Source of the DNA: Octopus sinensis
Taxonomy: Eukaryota
Direction: 5' to 3'
NCBI RefSeq assembly: GCF_006345805.1
Contig: NC_043003.1
Span: forward strand, 100,998,001 to 101,062,000
DNA length: 64,000 nucleotides
Under the pieces are notes generated by a model. The model was not told where the DNA came from and ran no database searches. It saw nothing but the letters and a program-made list of their open reading frames with translations. Shown one piece after another: positions 41,898 to 56,754 of the stretch. The translations under genes and the position numbers were made by a program. Each line of letters opens with the position of its first letter. Position 1 is the stretch's first letter.

Positions 41898-42213
41898 ATC
41901 AATTCAAATAAACAAACAATTCAAATAAATGAATAAAAAATGAAAGAAAAAGAAAAACAACAAATGTGAGGACGTCCACAAGAAGTGTATTAACTTGATG
42001 CTTGGTAAAAGGAGAGTGTTTAATGTTTTGAGCATAGTTCTTCATCAGAAAGGAGAAAGAGAAAATTTCAAAGATGGAGAAGAAGAGATTGCCATTGAAA
42101 AGTTAAACTCTCTCCTTTCACCGAGCACACTTCTTGTGCTTGTCCTCATATTCATTGTTTTTCTCTTTTTCATATTTTATTCATTTATTGAATTGTTTGT
42201 TTATTTGAATTGA
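41898..42213. mobile_element. MITE-like element
   Basis: ~90-bp imperfect inverted termini starting CAATTCAAATAAACAAACAATTC. Confidence 0.6.
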
Positions 42214-42437
42214 GTATTTACTGCATGCTCATACGGACCATACTCATCCTTCTGACTGTTTTCGAGTACCTGATTCATGGATTTTTTACTCTACCCCAGG
42301 ATTACAGTACCTTTTAATTCATTCAGAGTACATTGTTTCTGCACCTTTGATTATTTATATATATATATATCATCATCATCATTTCCTTTAAAAAAACTTT
42401 TCTTCTAATTTTTCTAAATTTAATTATTTAATCGTTA

Positions 42438-42475
42438 CAGTTGAAAAGGTCTCAAAATGACCGAAACCGGTACTG
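42438..42475 (+). ncRNA. Minimal hammerhead, U3-A8 core
   Basis: CAG-TTGAAAA-GGTC tcaaaat GACC-GAAA-CCGG-TA-CTG. Confidence 0.72.
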
Positions 42476-42659
42476 AAATGTTCTTTATAAAATTATTTTA
42501 GCATTTTCTATTTTGACTTGATTTTTCATATATATATATATATATATATATAGAAATTCGGGGTGAGTACTTGATAATTATAAGCACCTGTGTATACCGT
42601 TTGGTGGTGTAGGTGGTGGAGTAAATTGATCAAAATAAAAACATGATGCGAAGGATTCA

Positions 42660-42737
42660 GCGGTACATATGTTTCGGGCCTTTATTAGACAGATTTATAA
42701 CAATGCATAATGTATGTCTGTGGCCTTCTTCAGCCGC
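42660..42737 (-). ncRNA. Type I hammerhead (inverted twin of 44663-44740)
   Basis: Reverse complement of the 44.7 kb motif. Confidence 0.75.
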
Positions 42738-44662
42738 GCACAACAGCTTCCACAAGGACATGTGTTACATCAGAAATTCTTGGTTGGGGATGCAAATCCT
42801 CCCATTCGCGTACGACATAATGCGGCAGCAGCATAGAATTGAAGCGTCCATCTCTTTCTTCTCTCAATGTAGGATGAGGAAAAATGGATGTTGAAGTAAT
42901 GTAAATAAATAAATACATGTATATACATGAAGATGGGCGAGAATTCAGGACGAGGGATAAAAAATGTATAAAAAGTGTAAGTATAGAAAAATATAAAAAT
43001 GTAGAGCATAAAGATATAAAGAGATATAAGGAGATGTAAAGGGGGTATAAAGAATATAAAGAAATATAAAGAAATATAAATAAATGTAAAGGCATAAGGT
43101 TATAAAGTAAAAATAGAAATAGAAATAAAAATAAAAGTAAAAAAACATGATAAAAATGTAACAAAATATAAAAAAATATAAAGATAAGGGATGTATAGAG
43201 GTTAAGGACCAAGCATGGTGGTCAGGAGATTGATAAAATTTAGTTGTAGAATTGTCAGTAAATCAACAGTTTCGTCTGGGGACCTAATGCGTTGTAAATC
43301 AGAGCTGTTGAGCGTTTAATCTGGTTCCTTGAATTATTTGGACTTCTAGTACATACATACCAACATGGATACACACACCCATATACACGCGTACATATAC
43401 GCCTCGAAGCCTATAAGCATACACACGCACTCACGTGTAAACATGCATATAAACACACACACACCCACACGCACGTGCGTACACATACATACATACAACA
43501 GAATATCCGCATGTATACACGGACACTATACGTGTACACACTCACATGTACATACGCGCGCTCATCACTACATACACACACGCATATGCTCACGCTTCAA
43601 GGTCTAGATATAAGATATTAAAGGAATCACGTCTATGCGTGCACGCACACACGGCTGTGTGTACGTATGTGCGTGCACACATACACCTACACACACACCC
43701 AGAGACATATGGGTATAGCTATAAGATATCAAAATATGCATGTACATATATGCGCGCGTCTATGTATGTATGCGTATACATACGTACACGGACGCTTGCA
43801 TAGTCAAAAGTGGATCTATAGGTAAGTAAATAAACATATATAGAGATGTAAAGCGATAAGTTAGGGGTAAGAATGAGGGTAAGGGTAAAAATTAGAAATA
43901 AAAGTAAGAAATACAGTATAAAATAAGAAATACAATGTAATAGTTAGAAATGAAATATAAAAATTATAAAAATTATAAGAGTTAAGGTAAGGGATGAAAA
44001 TGAAAATGAGAATAAATGGAAGTAGAATAAGAGTAAAAATAAAATAAAATAAAATAAGATAAAAATATAATTTAACATGAGATGAAGGTGGTTGAAAGTT
44101 AGAGGTGTGTGTTAAAAGTGTCCACGTAGGGGCGGGCGGGGGGAACTGAAAAATTGGAAGGGTGGGAAGTGGAGTTTGGCGGTGTGCGTTCAACATCCGA
44201 GTTAGAAATGTGAAAGGGTATAGATATAGGGAAGTAAAGAGACTATATAGGAAGGATATGGGTGTAGGAGAAGAAATATTTAGGGAAAAGAAATCATGTA
44301 TGGGAGACAAAATTTGTATATATAGGAGGAAAATGCAGGGAAACATATATGCACATACACACACCCACACACACACACACGCACATATATATATATATAT
44401 ATATGTACATATACGTACACATATGTGCGCATACATATACATACACACACGCATACGCATATACACGCACATATAGGAAAGCGGGATGTGCTGGAGCCGA
44501 CAGGTTGCACCGGGTGGGAGGAAATTGCATGGGGGAGTTGGTATAAAACCTAAGCTTTGTAGTATTTGAAAGTATTAATAAGTTTGTGTATACAGGATGG
44601 TTTGAACCATCCCCAACCAAGAATTTCTGATGTAACACATGTCCTTGTGGAAGCTGTTGTGC

Positions 44663-44740
44663 GCGGCTGAAGAAGGCCACAGACATACATTATGCATTGT
44701 TATAAATCTGTCTAATAAAGGCCCGAAACATATGTACCGC
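44663..44740 (+). ncRNA. Type I hammerhead with long stem II
   Basis: GCGG-CTGAAGA-aGGCC...GGCCc-GAAA-CATATG-TA-CCGC. A-C mismatch at the base of stem II. Confidence 0.75.
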
Positions 44741-44751
44741 TGAATCCTTCG

Positions 44752-44805
<54 letters not shown>

Positions 44806-45381
44806 ACATATGGTATAATTATAAACAGGGCAAATTTTAGCTCCAGAGAACAAGCAGCTAAACTGTTTATATACTCAACAAATGCTGCAGTTACTCAATG
44901 AAGGAGTCCTAATTTGCATACTGAAGGTGTTCAACACTCTATGAATACCAGTGGCCTGTCAAAGGGGATCTTATTCCACACAGTATCAAGGTATGATATA
45001 ATAAATATGTAACATAGTGTATAATTATAAACAGGACAATTTTAGTTATTTTTCAACCTTAATCAATTTTCATATATATATATATATATGCATATATATC
45101 TATGTGTATATATATATATTATATATATATATATATATTATATATATATATATATTATATATATATATATATATATAATATATATATGTATATATATAGG
45201 CACTGGATTGGCTATGTGGTAAAAAGCTTGCTTCTCAACCATATGGTTCTGTGTGGCACCTTGGGCATGTGTCTTTTACTATAGCCTTGGACCAACCAAA
45301 GCCTTGTGAGTGGATTTGGTTGATGGAAACTGAAAGAAGCCCATCGTATATATATATGCGTATATATATATATATATATAT

Positions 45382-45412
<31 letters not shown>

Positions 45413-46642
45413 CATAAATTTACTTGGAAATGGATGCATGGCATTCAGTCATATAATAATATTAGCTTAAGGTGACCCACTCTACGCGCGGGTAAGAGTG
45501 TGGTTGTTATTTTCTGTTGCATCCTTTTGGCATGTAAAAAGCACCATCCGAACGTGGCCGATGGCAGCGCCACCTTGACTGGCTTCTGTGCTGGTGGCAC
45601 GTAAAAAGCACCAACCGATCGTGGCTGCTGCCAGTGCCCCTCCCCCCCGTGGCACGTAAAAAGCACCAACTACAATCACGGAGTGGTTGGCGTTAGGAAG
45701 GGCATCCAGCTGTAGAAACACTGCCAGAACAGACTGGAGCCTGGTGCAGCCTCCTGGCTTCCCAGACCCCGGTCAAACCGTCCAACCCGTGCTAACATGG
45801 AAAACGGACGTTAAACGATGATGATGATGATTCTCCCTCTTTGTTTCTCTCTCCTTTCTCTCTCCCTTTCCCACTCTCTTACTCTTCCTTTCTCTCGGAC
45901 TCTCCCTCGCTTTCTCTTACTCTCTATCTTTCGCTATCTATCTCTCTCCCATTTATAAACAACAAAAGATCTTGAGTAAGTTGAGAAAGAAAGTAGTTTG
46001 AAAGATCAATCATAAATATCAGGCAGTGACAACAGAATGGTCTGCTTCAAGGCAGAAAGCAAAGCACTAACATTTAAAAGGGACAGGCGAACTTGCAAGC
46101 TGAATAAAAATAAAAAAATATTGGAAACCAAAGTTTGAAAGGATAGAATCTGAGGATAGTAGAGTCACCATGGCTGGCATTTCTTAACGACGGACAGTAA
46201 CATAGTGACAGTTTAACGGCTGGCATAAAATTTTGAACTTGATGTAAAAGAAAATTCCTAAACACCAAGCTTTGAAGTGATTCTTTCTCACGACAGTAGA
46301 CTCACCATGGCAAGCATTCAAAACTTCTTCATCATGGACGGCAACACATTGACGATTTAAAGGCTGGCGCAAATTTTTTAGCTTCATGTATCAGAGAATT
46401 CCTAAACACCCGCTCCTGTAAATTTTAATTCCCTTCAAGCCCCATTTAGACCTCTTTTCACATTTTGGTTAATATAACCCGATTTCATTCGGGTCTACTC
46501 GGGTCACATTTTATAAGATGAGGAATTTTGTCCTAGAGGTCACGCCTTTCATTTGAGGAAAAAAATAGTTGTCATGCAAACTCGCCAGCACTTTTAACAT
46601 AGGTGTGCATATTTTCAGCACAACCGACCACATAATGCACAC

Positions 46643-46675
<33 letters not shown>

Positions 46676-46679
46676 GCGT

Positions 46680-46712
<33 letters not shown>

Positions 46713-46772
46713 ACGCATTATACATACAAATGTATACAAATTATAAATATATATATTTATATATTTATAAAA

Positions 46773-48970
46773 GACTTGAGGTATTTCGTATAGTAAGACA
46801 GTGTGTGAGAGAGAATCGTGACGTGGTAGGAGAAAAATGTGTTCGCATGGATGACGGCTCACTTGCGCTAAATGAGGATGCAAAGAGAGAGGTTTGGAGA
46901 CGCCACTATGAAAGGTTGCTGAATGAGGAAAATGAATGGGATAAAGCGAGCCTGCCGAATGTTGACCCAACAGAGGGACCAGCAATCCGAGTTGACAGTT
47001 CCTTAGTAGTTAAGGCAATTACAAGCATGAAAACAGGCAAAGCCCCAGGCCCATCAGGAATTACTGCAGAGATGCTCAAAATATCTGGTAGTGTCGGCTA
47101 TAGCCTAGTCACCCGTATAGTTAACCAGGTGATACACGAAGGAGTCATACCCAATGACTGGTGTAGCAGCATAATAGTCAACTGCTACAAAGGTAAAGGT
47201 GACGCCCTAGATACAAATAACTACAGGGGTATCAAGCTGCAGGATCAGGTAATGAAGGTTACGGAGAGGGTTATAGCCCAACTAATTAGAGAGAGAGTTA
47301 GCTTAAATGAGATGCAGTTTGGGTTCGTGCCAGGGAAAAGTACTACTGATGCTATCTTCCTGGTAAGACAGCTGCAGGAGAAATACCTAGCCAAAGACAA
47401 GCCCCTATACCTGGCTTTTGTTGATATGAAGAAAGCCTTCGACAGGGTCCTCCGATCCCTTATCTGGTGGTCAATGAGGAAACTAGGGATAGATGAATGG
47501 TTAGTGAGAGCTGTACAAGCCATGTACAGAGACGCTGCTAGTAAGGTGAGGGTTGGCATCGAGTACAGTGAAGAATTCAGGGTAGAGGTTGGGGTCCACC
47601 AAGGTTCGGTCCTCAGTCCCCTCCTATTTATCATAGTCCTCCAGGCAATAACGGAGGAATTCAAGACAGGATGCCCCTGGGAGCTCCTCTATGCTGATGA
47701 CCTTGCTCTAATTGCTGAGTCTCTATCAGAACTGGAGGAGAAGTTTCAGGTGTGGGAGCAAGGTTTAGAATCGAAGGGCCTTAGAATCAACCTAGCCAAA
47801 ACCAAAGTCCTAATAAGTAGGAAGGTAGACCAATCACAAATGCGTTCAGGTAGATGGCCCTGCTCGATCTGTAGAAAAGGCGTAGGTAGAAACTCTATAA
47901 GATGCACCAAATGTAAGCTATGGACACATAAGAGATGTAGTAATGTCAAAGGAAGACTAACTAGGAAAATAGTTTTTATCTGTGGCAGATGCTCAGGAGC
48001 AATAAACTCTGAAAATATGCAGAGACCAACTTCTACCACATTCCAGGGAGAAAAACTAGAAGTAGTTGATAACTTCCGCTACCTAGGTGACCAAGTCAGT
48101 AGCGGGGGCGGGTGTGCTGAAAGTGTAACTGCTAGAGTAAGAATAGCCTGGGCAAAGTTTAGAGAGCTCTTACTCCTGCTGGTGACAAAAGGCCTCTCAC
48201 TCAAAGTAAAAGGCAGGCTGTATGATGCATGTGTACGTACAGCCATGCTACATGGTAGTGAAACATGGGCTGTGACTGCTGAGGATTTGCGTAAGCTCAC
48301 AAGAAATGAAGCTAGTATGCTCTGATGGATGTGTAATGTCAGTGTTCATAATCGACAGAGTGTAAGTACCTTGAGAGAAAAGTTGGACCTAAGAAGCATC
48401 AGTTGTTGTGTGCAAGAGAGACGATTGCGCTGGTATGGTCATGTGGCGAGAATGGATGAAGATAGGTGTGTGAAAAAGTGCCACACCCTGGCAGTTGAGG
48501 GGACCTGTGGAAGAGGTAGACCCAGAAAAACCTGGGACGAGGTGGCGAAGCACGACCTTCGAACTTTAGGTCTCACCAAGGAAATGACTAGAGACTGAGA
48601 CCTATGGAAGTATGCTGTGCGTGAGAAGACCCGGCAAGACCAGTGAGGACAGTCAGAATCAAAATCAAAATCAAACCAAATCAAATCAGATATCAGAAAG
48701 CAGAACCAAAATTACGTGCTGGTGGCATGTAAAAGCACCATCCGTTCATGGCCGTTTGCCAGCTCCGTCTGGCACCTGTGCGGGTGGCACGTAAAAAGCA
48801 CCCACTACACTCACGGAGTGGTTGGCATTAGGAAGGGCATCCAGCCGTATAAACACTGCCAGATCTGACTGGGCCTGATGCAGCCTTCCGGCTTCACAGA
48901 CCCCAGTTGAACCGTCCAACCCATGCTAGCATGGAAAACAGACGCTGAATGATGATGATAATGATGATGA
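46773..48970 (+). mobile_element. RTE-clade LINE, 5'-truncated
   Basis: RT motifs KAPGPSGI, NYRGIKL, QFGF, GVHQGSVLSP, YADD. Two in-frame TGA stops (48323, 48596). 3' UTR ends in (GAT)n. Confidence 0.95.
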
Positions 48971-49039
48971 TATATATAAATTAGAGATAAAACCACTATT
49001 AGGCAAATCAAACAGTGAAAAACATAAACGAAAACACAA

Positions 49040-49248
49040 AAAAATATATAATATACAAAATATATAAAATATAAAATTAAAAAATTTAAATTATTTAAGT
49101 TTAAAATTAAAATTATTAATTTATATTTATAATTAAAAAAAAATATATAATATACAAAATATATAAAATATAAAATTAAAAAATTTAAATTATTTAAGTT
49201 TAAAATTAAAATTATTAATTTATATTTATAATTAAAAAAAAATATATA
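49040..49248. repeat. 99-bp AT-rich tandem duplication
   Basis: Two near-identical copies in register at 49045 and 49144. Confidence 0.85.
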
Positions 49249-49871
49249 TAACTATCAAAAAGTATTAAAAAGTTTAATATACATATTTATATAGAACACA
49301 CACACACATATATAAATTAACCCAATAAATATCTGATTCATAATATTTGTTCTCATGATTGTGTGGTGGTGGTAGTGGCGATGATAATTCTGTCTATGAA
49401 TGCAGACAGACGTAGAGAGAGAGAGAGAGTGTGTGAAAGCGCTGTCAAAGGCGGGGAGGGGGAGATATAGAATGCTGTTTGACGATGTCATAAAGAGAAA
49501 GTGAAGGTAAAGGAGATAGACGCTGTTAAACGATGTTATATATAGAAAGTGATGGGAAGGGAGGTAAGAGAGTGTGTGACGGAGTGAGACAGATACATAA
49601 AAGAACGAGAGTAGACTTGTCAAAGTGCGTTTTTGGCCCTAGCGACGACACCTTTTAAGATGTTTCTAACCTAGCCCACTCGCATCCTCACCTCATTTTA
49701 CATGTCCCTGTAAATTTTGGAGTCAATCCGACGGGATCTAGTGGCCTTTAAGCCGTTGTCAATGCCAAAACCAGACAAATAAACAAAATAACTGTTCGCA
49801 TTTCAGAATTATAATATAGAGATAAATAATATATATATACAAACTTATATGTACATACTTACATATATATT

Positions 49872-50632
49872 ATATATGGGTACAGGACGTTATAAAACGT
49901 CAACAACATGAAATACGGAATACCCCTACACCAATCTCTACCTGTCCCTCTCTCTTTCTCACTCTTCCTCGTTGCTCACACGTGATCATCAGCCATCTTT
50001 CTTTTCCTAACTTGAGCTTCTTTCTTTCTTTTTGGTCTGCCACACAGATCACACGCATTCTTGTCTGTCTCCTCTCCTATCTTTTCTCCTGTCAAAGCTT
50101 GTTCCTCCAGCGATCGCCACCTCACCTCGTTATGGCTTTGCAGCCCTTACTGTTTGTTTCCATTGTCCTGTTTTAGTTACCAGCTTTGACCCTTCACAAA
50201 TCCCAAATTTTATTTTGCTTTGTGGGAGCAACTGTTTTCTTGAAGACACATCTTGTCATAATTGCTCGAAATGTGGAGTAGATATATTTCTTTACTACCC
50301 ACAAGGGGCTAAACACAGAGGGGACAAACAAGGACAGAGAAGCGGATTAAGTCGATTACATCGAACCCAGTGCGTAACTGGTACTTCATTTATCGACCCT
50401 GAAAGGATGAAAGGTAAAGTTGACCTCGACGGAATTTGAACTCAGAACGTAACAGCAGACGAAATACAGCTACACATTTCGCTTGGCATGCTAAAGTTTC
50501 TGCCAAGGGTTGTTCTTTATGTTACTTGTCTTGTTTTCCATTTGTTTCATTCAGTGTTCACAAAAAAAATCCATATTCCAATGTTTTCGTATTTCCTGTT
50601 GTTTACATTTTATGACGTCCTGTACCCATATA
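49872..50632. mobile_element. MITE with a nested SINE
   Basis: TIRs ATGGGTACAGGACGT / ACGTCCTGTACCCAT. Confidence 0.65.
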
Positions 50633-50701
50633 TGCATATGTATATGCATATATATGCAAGTATGTACATATATGTATGTATATATGCATATATACATATA
50701 T

Positions 50702-50739
<38 letters not shown>

Positions 50740-50746
<7 letters not shown>

Positions 50747-51186
50747 CAAAGAAATTCCAACTCTGTTTTTTATGTTTTATTTATATTCTTTATAATATCA
50801 ATGTAGAATATAGAATATATAGTATAAATAATATATATATAATAAAATGAAGTGAAGTATTGATTGTCTTATTGAATAGATGAAATATTGAATATAAAAT
50901 ATGAGGGGACTAGTATACTTTCTTGCATTATAGCAGCCTTCAAGGTATCAGGTTGTGACACTCTTGTCACAACCTGGGACCTTGATGACTGCTTAAATGC
51001 AAGAAAGTTATCTAGTCCCTTAATATTTAATATTCAGTATTTCATCTATTCAATAAGACAATCAATACTTCATTTCCTTTTATTATATATATATATTATT
51101 TATACTATATATTCTATATTCTACATTAATATTATAAAGAATATAAATAAAACATAAAAAACAGAGTTGGAATTTCTTTGAATAAT
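50740..51186. mobile_element. Foldback element (~445-bp imperfect hairpin)
   Basis: Arms pair almost to the centre, TGTGACActctTGTCACA. Confidence 0.8.
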
Positions 51187-51219
51187 ATATCCCTCTATAC
51201 ACAATCATACAAAGCCCTT

Positions 51220-51281
<62 letters not shown>

Positions 51282-51528
51282 TGTATGTATTTGTGTGTCT
51301 GTGTTTGTCCCCCACCACTATTGCTTGACATCCAATGTTGGTGTGTTTACGTCCCTGTAACTTAGTGGTTTGGCAATAGAGACTGATAGAATAAGTACTA
51401 GGGTTACAAGAATAAGTCCTGGAGTTGATTTGTTCAACTAAAGGTGCTGCTCCAGTATGGCCATTGTCAAATGACTGAAACAAGTAAAAGAATATATATA
51501 TATATATGCATACATATATATGCATATA

Positions 51529-51577
<49 letters not shown>

Positions 51578-51589
51578 CTTGATCACCTT

Positions 51590-52415
51590 GACTGACAAGT
51601 CCATCAGGCATCCATTTAAACACCTTCCATCTGGCCCTTACTCTCCGTGAGATCTCCTTTTCCTCATCTCGGCACATAGTCACTTCCTGTCCCAGGTAGA
51701 CATTCCTTTACCTCCTCTATTTCATCACTGCCGATCACCATTTGACCTGTTGGTACGTTGTCTGACCGCATGAACTTTGTTTGCATGTGGTTCATCTTGA
51801 GACCTACTGCTGAGCTCCATCAGCATGATTTGAAGCTGATCCATGGTTTCAGCGATGATTACGATGTCATCAACGAAACAGAGGTGGGTGAGTAGCTCAC
51901 CATTGATGTTGACACCGCCTTGCCAATCAATGCCTCTGATGATCTGCTCGAGACATGCGGTGAAAAGTTTTGGAGAGATCATATCTCCTTGCTTCACTCC
52001 CTTTTTGACCAGCACTCATACGGGTGATGACAGCAGAGCTATGTCGGTGATGCGTCCAGAATTTGCCTCCCTAAGCAGTTGCACATATTGTGCCTCAACT
52101 CTTTGCCTCTGCAGCGAGTTCAGCACTGTGTTGGTTTCAACGTTGTTGAAGGCCTTCTCATAGTCTACAAACGCAATGCAAAGAGGCAGCTTGTACTCAT
52201 TCGCTCAATCAAGCAGTTGTGTTAGAGTAAATATATAGTCCATCGTGCTGTAATTTTTCTGGAAGCTGGCTTTTTTCCCTCAGTTGTTGTTCATCGAGAT
52301 GACGTGACAACCTGTTCAGAATTATCTTTGTGAACAGCTTGTACATGTGAGACAGCAGGCAAATGGGTCGGTCGTTCTTTAGATCTTCTCTATTACCCTT
52401 CTTATATAGCACTAT
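51590..52415 (-). mobile_element. RTE-type RT fragment (second family)
   Basis: RPICLLSHMYKLF, KGVKQGDMISPKLF, LCFVDD. Confidence 0.85.
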
Positions 52416-52452
52416 CTAGACAAGGGAAGAATTCTCTCTCAGCGGAAAGAGT

Positions 52453-54168
<1,716 letters not shown>

Positions 54169-54368
54169 ATAAATTTACCTTATTTATATTTAATTTTCCT
54201 CAATCATCTCCAGTTACTTTATTTATTGTTCTAATTTTATTTACCCATTCTACTTTATCTCTAATCAACCTGTAAACCCCTAGCCTGAGCATATAACAAA
54301 ACAAATCATAAACCATAATATTCAGTCAGCAAAAATGAATTCATAAGCCCATAAATAATATCTTTTTT

Positions 54369-54455
54369 ACTCTAATGAAATTATACTCATGTCACATAAT
54401 TTAATGTTCAAAATTTGTAATTAAATTATTGAGTATTAATTGAAACAGCTGTAAG
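54369..54455 (+). ncRNA. Decayed hammerhead with the same stem III as the 39.9 kb motif
   Basis: CT-CTAATGA-AATT ATACTC...GAGTAT TAATT-GAAA-CAGCTG-TA-AG. The G5A change is probably inactivating. Confidence 0.5.
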
Positions 54456-54645
54456 AAGTGAAGATGACCAATTTGTTAATAATAAACAATTATAAACTTG
54501 CTTATCACCATTTTCTTTTCTTCTTTTAAATGTATATAAACCATATGCTATTGTTTTAAGGAAATTTTATCCCCCCAAAAATACTAGATGTAGAATCAGT
54601 ATTTCCTTGGCTACAACCATTCCTTCATGAGGTTAACATATCCTC

Positions 54646-54704
<59 letters not shown>

Positions 54705-55724
54705 TATATATATACATACATACAATGGGCTTTTTCAGTTTTTGTCTACCAAATCCACTCACAAAGCTTTGGTTAGCCAAAAGCTATAGTAAAAGACACT
54801 TGTCCAAGGTGGCATGCAGTGGGACTGAACCCAGAACCATGTGGTTGAGAAGCAAGCTTCTTACCACACAGCCACGCATGCACCTGTGTGTGTATGTGTG
54901 TGTGTGTTGTGTGTGTGTGTTGTGTGTGTCGTGTGTGTGTGCATGTTTATGTGTTTATATATCTGCATAGATATACATATATGTATGTATGTTCCTTATG
55001 GTTTTATTTTCCAAATTTCTCATCAAAAGAGAATCAGTTTCTAGTCTATAAACAAGACTCTTACATGTATATGTATACATGTATGCACTTATTTGTGTAT
55101 ATCTGAACTAAACGTTTTATTGCAAATGCTTAAGGAATATTCATCTTAATATCTTCTAATTTATTATTTATTATTGTTTAACCCTTTTGTTACCATATTT
55201 CTGTTGAGATGCTTCTTTGTTTCTTTCAATTAATTTTAAATATAATAATGAATTTAGTAAAACAACTTAGTTATCATTAAGCTAGTGTTAGTAACATAAA
55301 TTGTCACTAAGGTTTGGTGGAAGATTTTAATTCAGAACTTTTGGAAACAAGACATTTGTACTACAGAGCTAGAGGTGGTTTCAGGCAGGCTGGTATCAAA
55401 AGGGTTAAAATGTTTTCAACCTTGGGTAAGATTTTGTATTTTTTTTATCAATAATGAGTGTCATTAGCATATTTATTAATTAATGTTAAAGGCCATAATC
55501 TATATATAAATAAAATTCTTTATATCTCTATCTGTTCCCAATGCATTCTCAAATGGCTCAACTAAATCAAATCAAAATTTACATGGTAATACTATGAGAC
55601 CCCAGGAATGTCAACAGGTAATTTGTTTGGATTAAAACAGTGCAACATTGGTACTGGTTCCTTATTACATCTCAAAACTTGAAGAATAAAAATGAAAACT
55701 TCAATGGAGCAACAGTTATAAATA

Positions 55725-55810
55725 GTTTCACTTTAGGCGGGAAAGATATGCCATAATATACATCTGGAAGATCCTTGAAGGGCTTGTCCCAAACTTTGAC
55801 ATCAAGAGTT
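55725..55810 (+). mobile_element. CR1/Jockey-like LINE C-terminal fragment
   Basis: RRERYA-IYIWKILEGLVPNF-like translation. Confidence 0.55.
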
Positions 55811-55944
55811 AAATTAATACTTGAACAGGGTGCTGCTGCATAATGCCAAAGACTTTGACTTTGCCATCAAGATACAGGACAAGATATTGCAACAGCCTGG
55901 GCTTTAAAGGCCCACAGCTCTTCAATATATGTATATATTAGAGA

Positions 55945-56345
55945 GATGTACTTGCATAGCAAGTGACCTGATCTGAGATCGTGTGTTGAAACAAAAACAA
56001 TTGTAGTATGGTAGGTGTTTAAAAGCCATTTAAAAACACACAAAAACTGTTAGATTCACTTCAACATTTAAATTTAATTTGCCAAAATATTATTGTCGCT
56101 TTGAGACCATGACCTGTTCACTGACAAAATTCCATGCTGCACACACACACACGCACACGAGCGCATAAATATATTGCACAAAATTTTGTCAGTGACAAAA
56201 AAATTTGATACAAATTAAATTTAAATGTCGAAGTGAATCTAACGGTTATTGTGTTTTTTTAAATGGCTTATAAACACCTTCCACACCGCAATTGTTTTTG
56301 TTTCAGCACACGATCTCAGATCAGGTCAGTTGCTATGCAAATATA
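55945..56345. mobile_element. MITE or foldback with ~170-bp inverted arms
   Basis: TTGCATAGCAAGTGACCTGATCTGAGATCGTG / CACGATCTCAGATCAGGTCAGTTGCTATGCAA. Confidence 0.75.
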
Positions 56346-56420
56346 TCACTGTAATATATATTGGGTTGTATGTATATATATATATATGTGTGTGTATGTG
56401 TGTGTGTGTGAAAATATATA

Positions 56421-56475
<55 letters not shown>

Positions 56476-56478
<3 letters not shown>

Positions 56479-56612
56479 ACATAAGGGGGATCAGCCATCT
56501 GAATGTGGCTAGGGACAGGGCGGGGTGGTGGGGGTGTTACTGATGCATTTAGCCCCAGGCGATCATCGACGTCACCAGAAGGGCCGACACGGATACTACA
56601 TACGGACCGGTT
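56476..56612 (-). repeat. Inverted partial copy of the 360-bp unit
   Basis: Reverse complement of the unit 3' part (about 56859-56973), joined to the reverse complement of about 56783-56806. Confidence 0.9.
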
Positions 56613-56754
56613 TAGAGCAGTTACTGTTTATATCTCGCTCAGAGATTTATTATTGTTTTCGAACGGATTTTCTACGCCAGTGACTGTGGTTACTGTGAAA
56701 ATCCCTATATATCCAGCCTGTAGAGGAAGTCCCTCAACGAAGAACGGTGCTTAC

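Larger units (their letters stand above)
42643..44757. mobile_element. Non-coding element bounded by ~150-bp inverted repeats containing hammerheads
   Basis: 42643-42791 is the reverse complement of about 44609-44757. Confidence 0.8.
45460..49822 (-). mobile_element. Putative non-autonomous Helitron hosting RTE insertions
   Basis: 5' TCTCTATATTATAA at about 49822. Subterminal hairpin ACCCGCGCGTAGAGTGGGT followed by CTAA-T at about 45460. Confidence 0.5.

Noticed and set aside
45530-45680. Short spaced repeats (GGCACGTAAAAAGCACC) resembling a CRISPR array
   Set aside because: Eukaryotic context. They are internal repeats of the RTE 3' UTR, and there are no cas genes.
47245-48300. Antisense ORFs over the RTE
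   Set aside because: Shadow ORFs of the RT frame.
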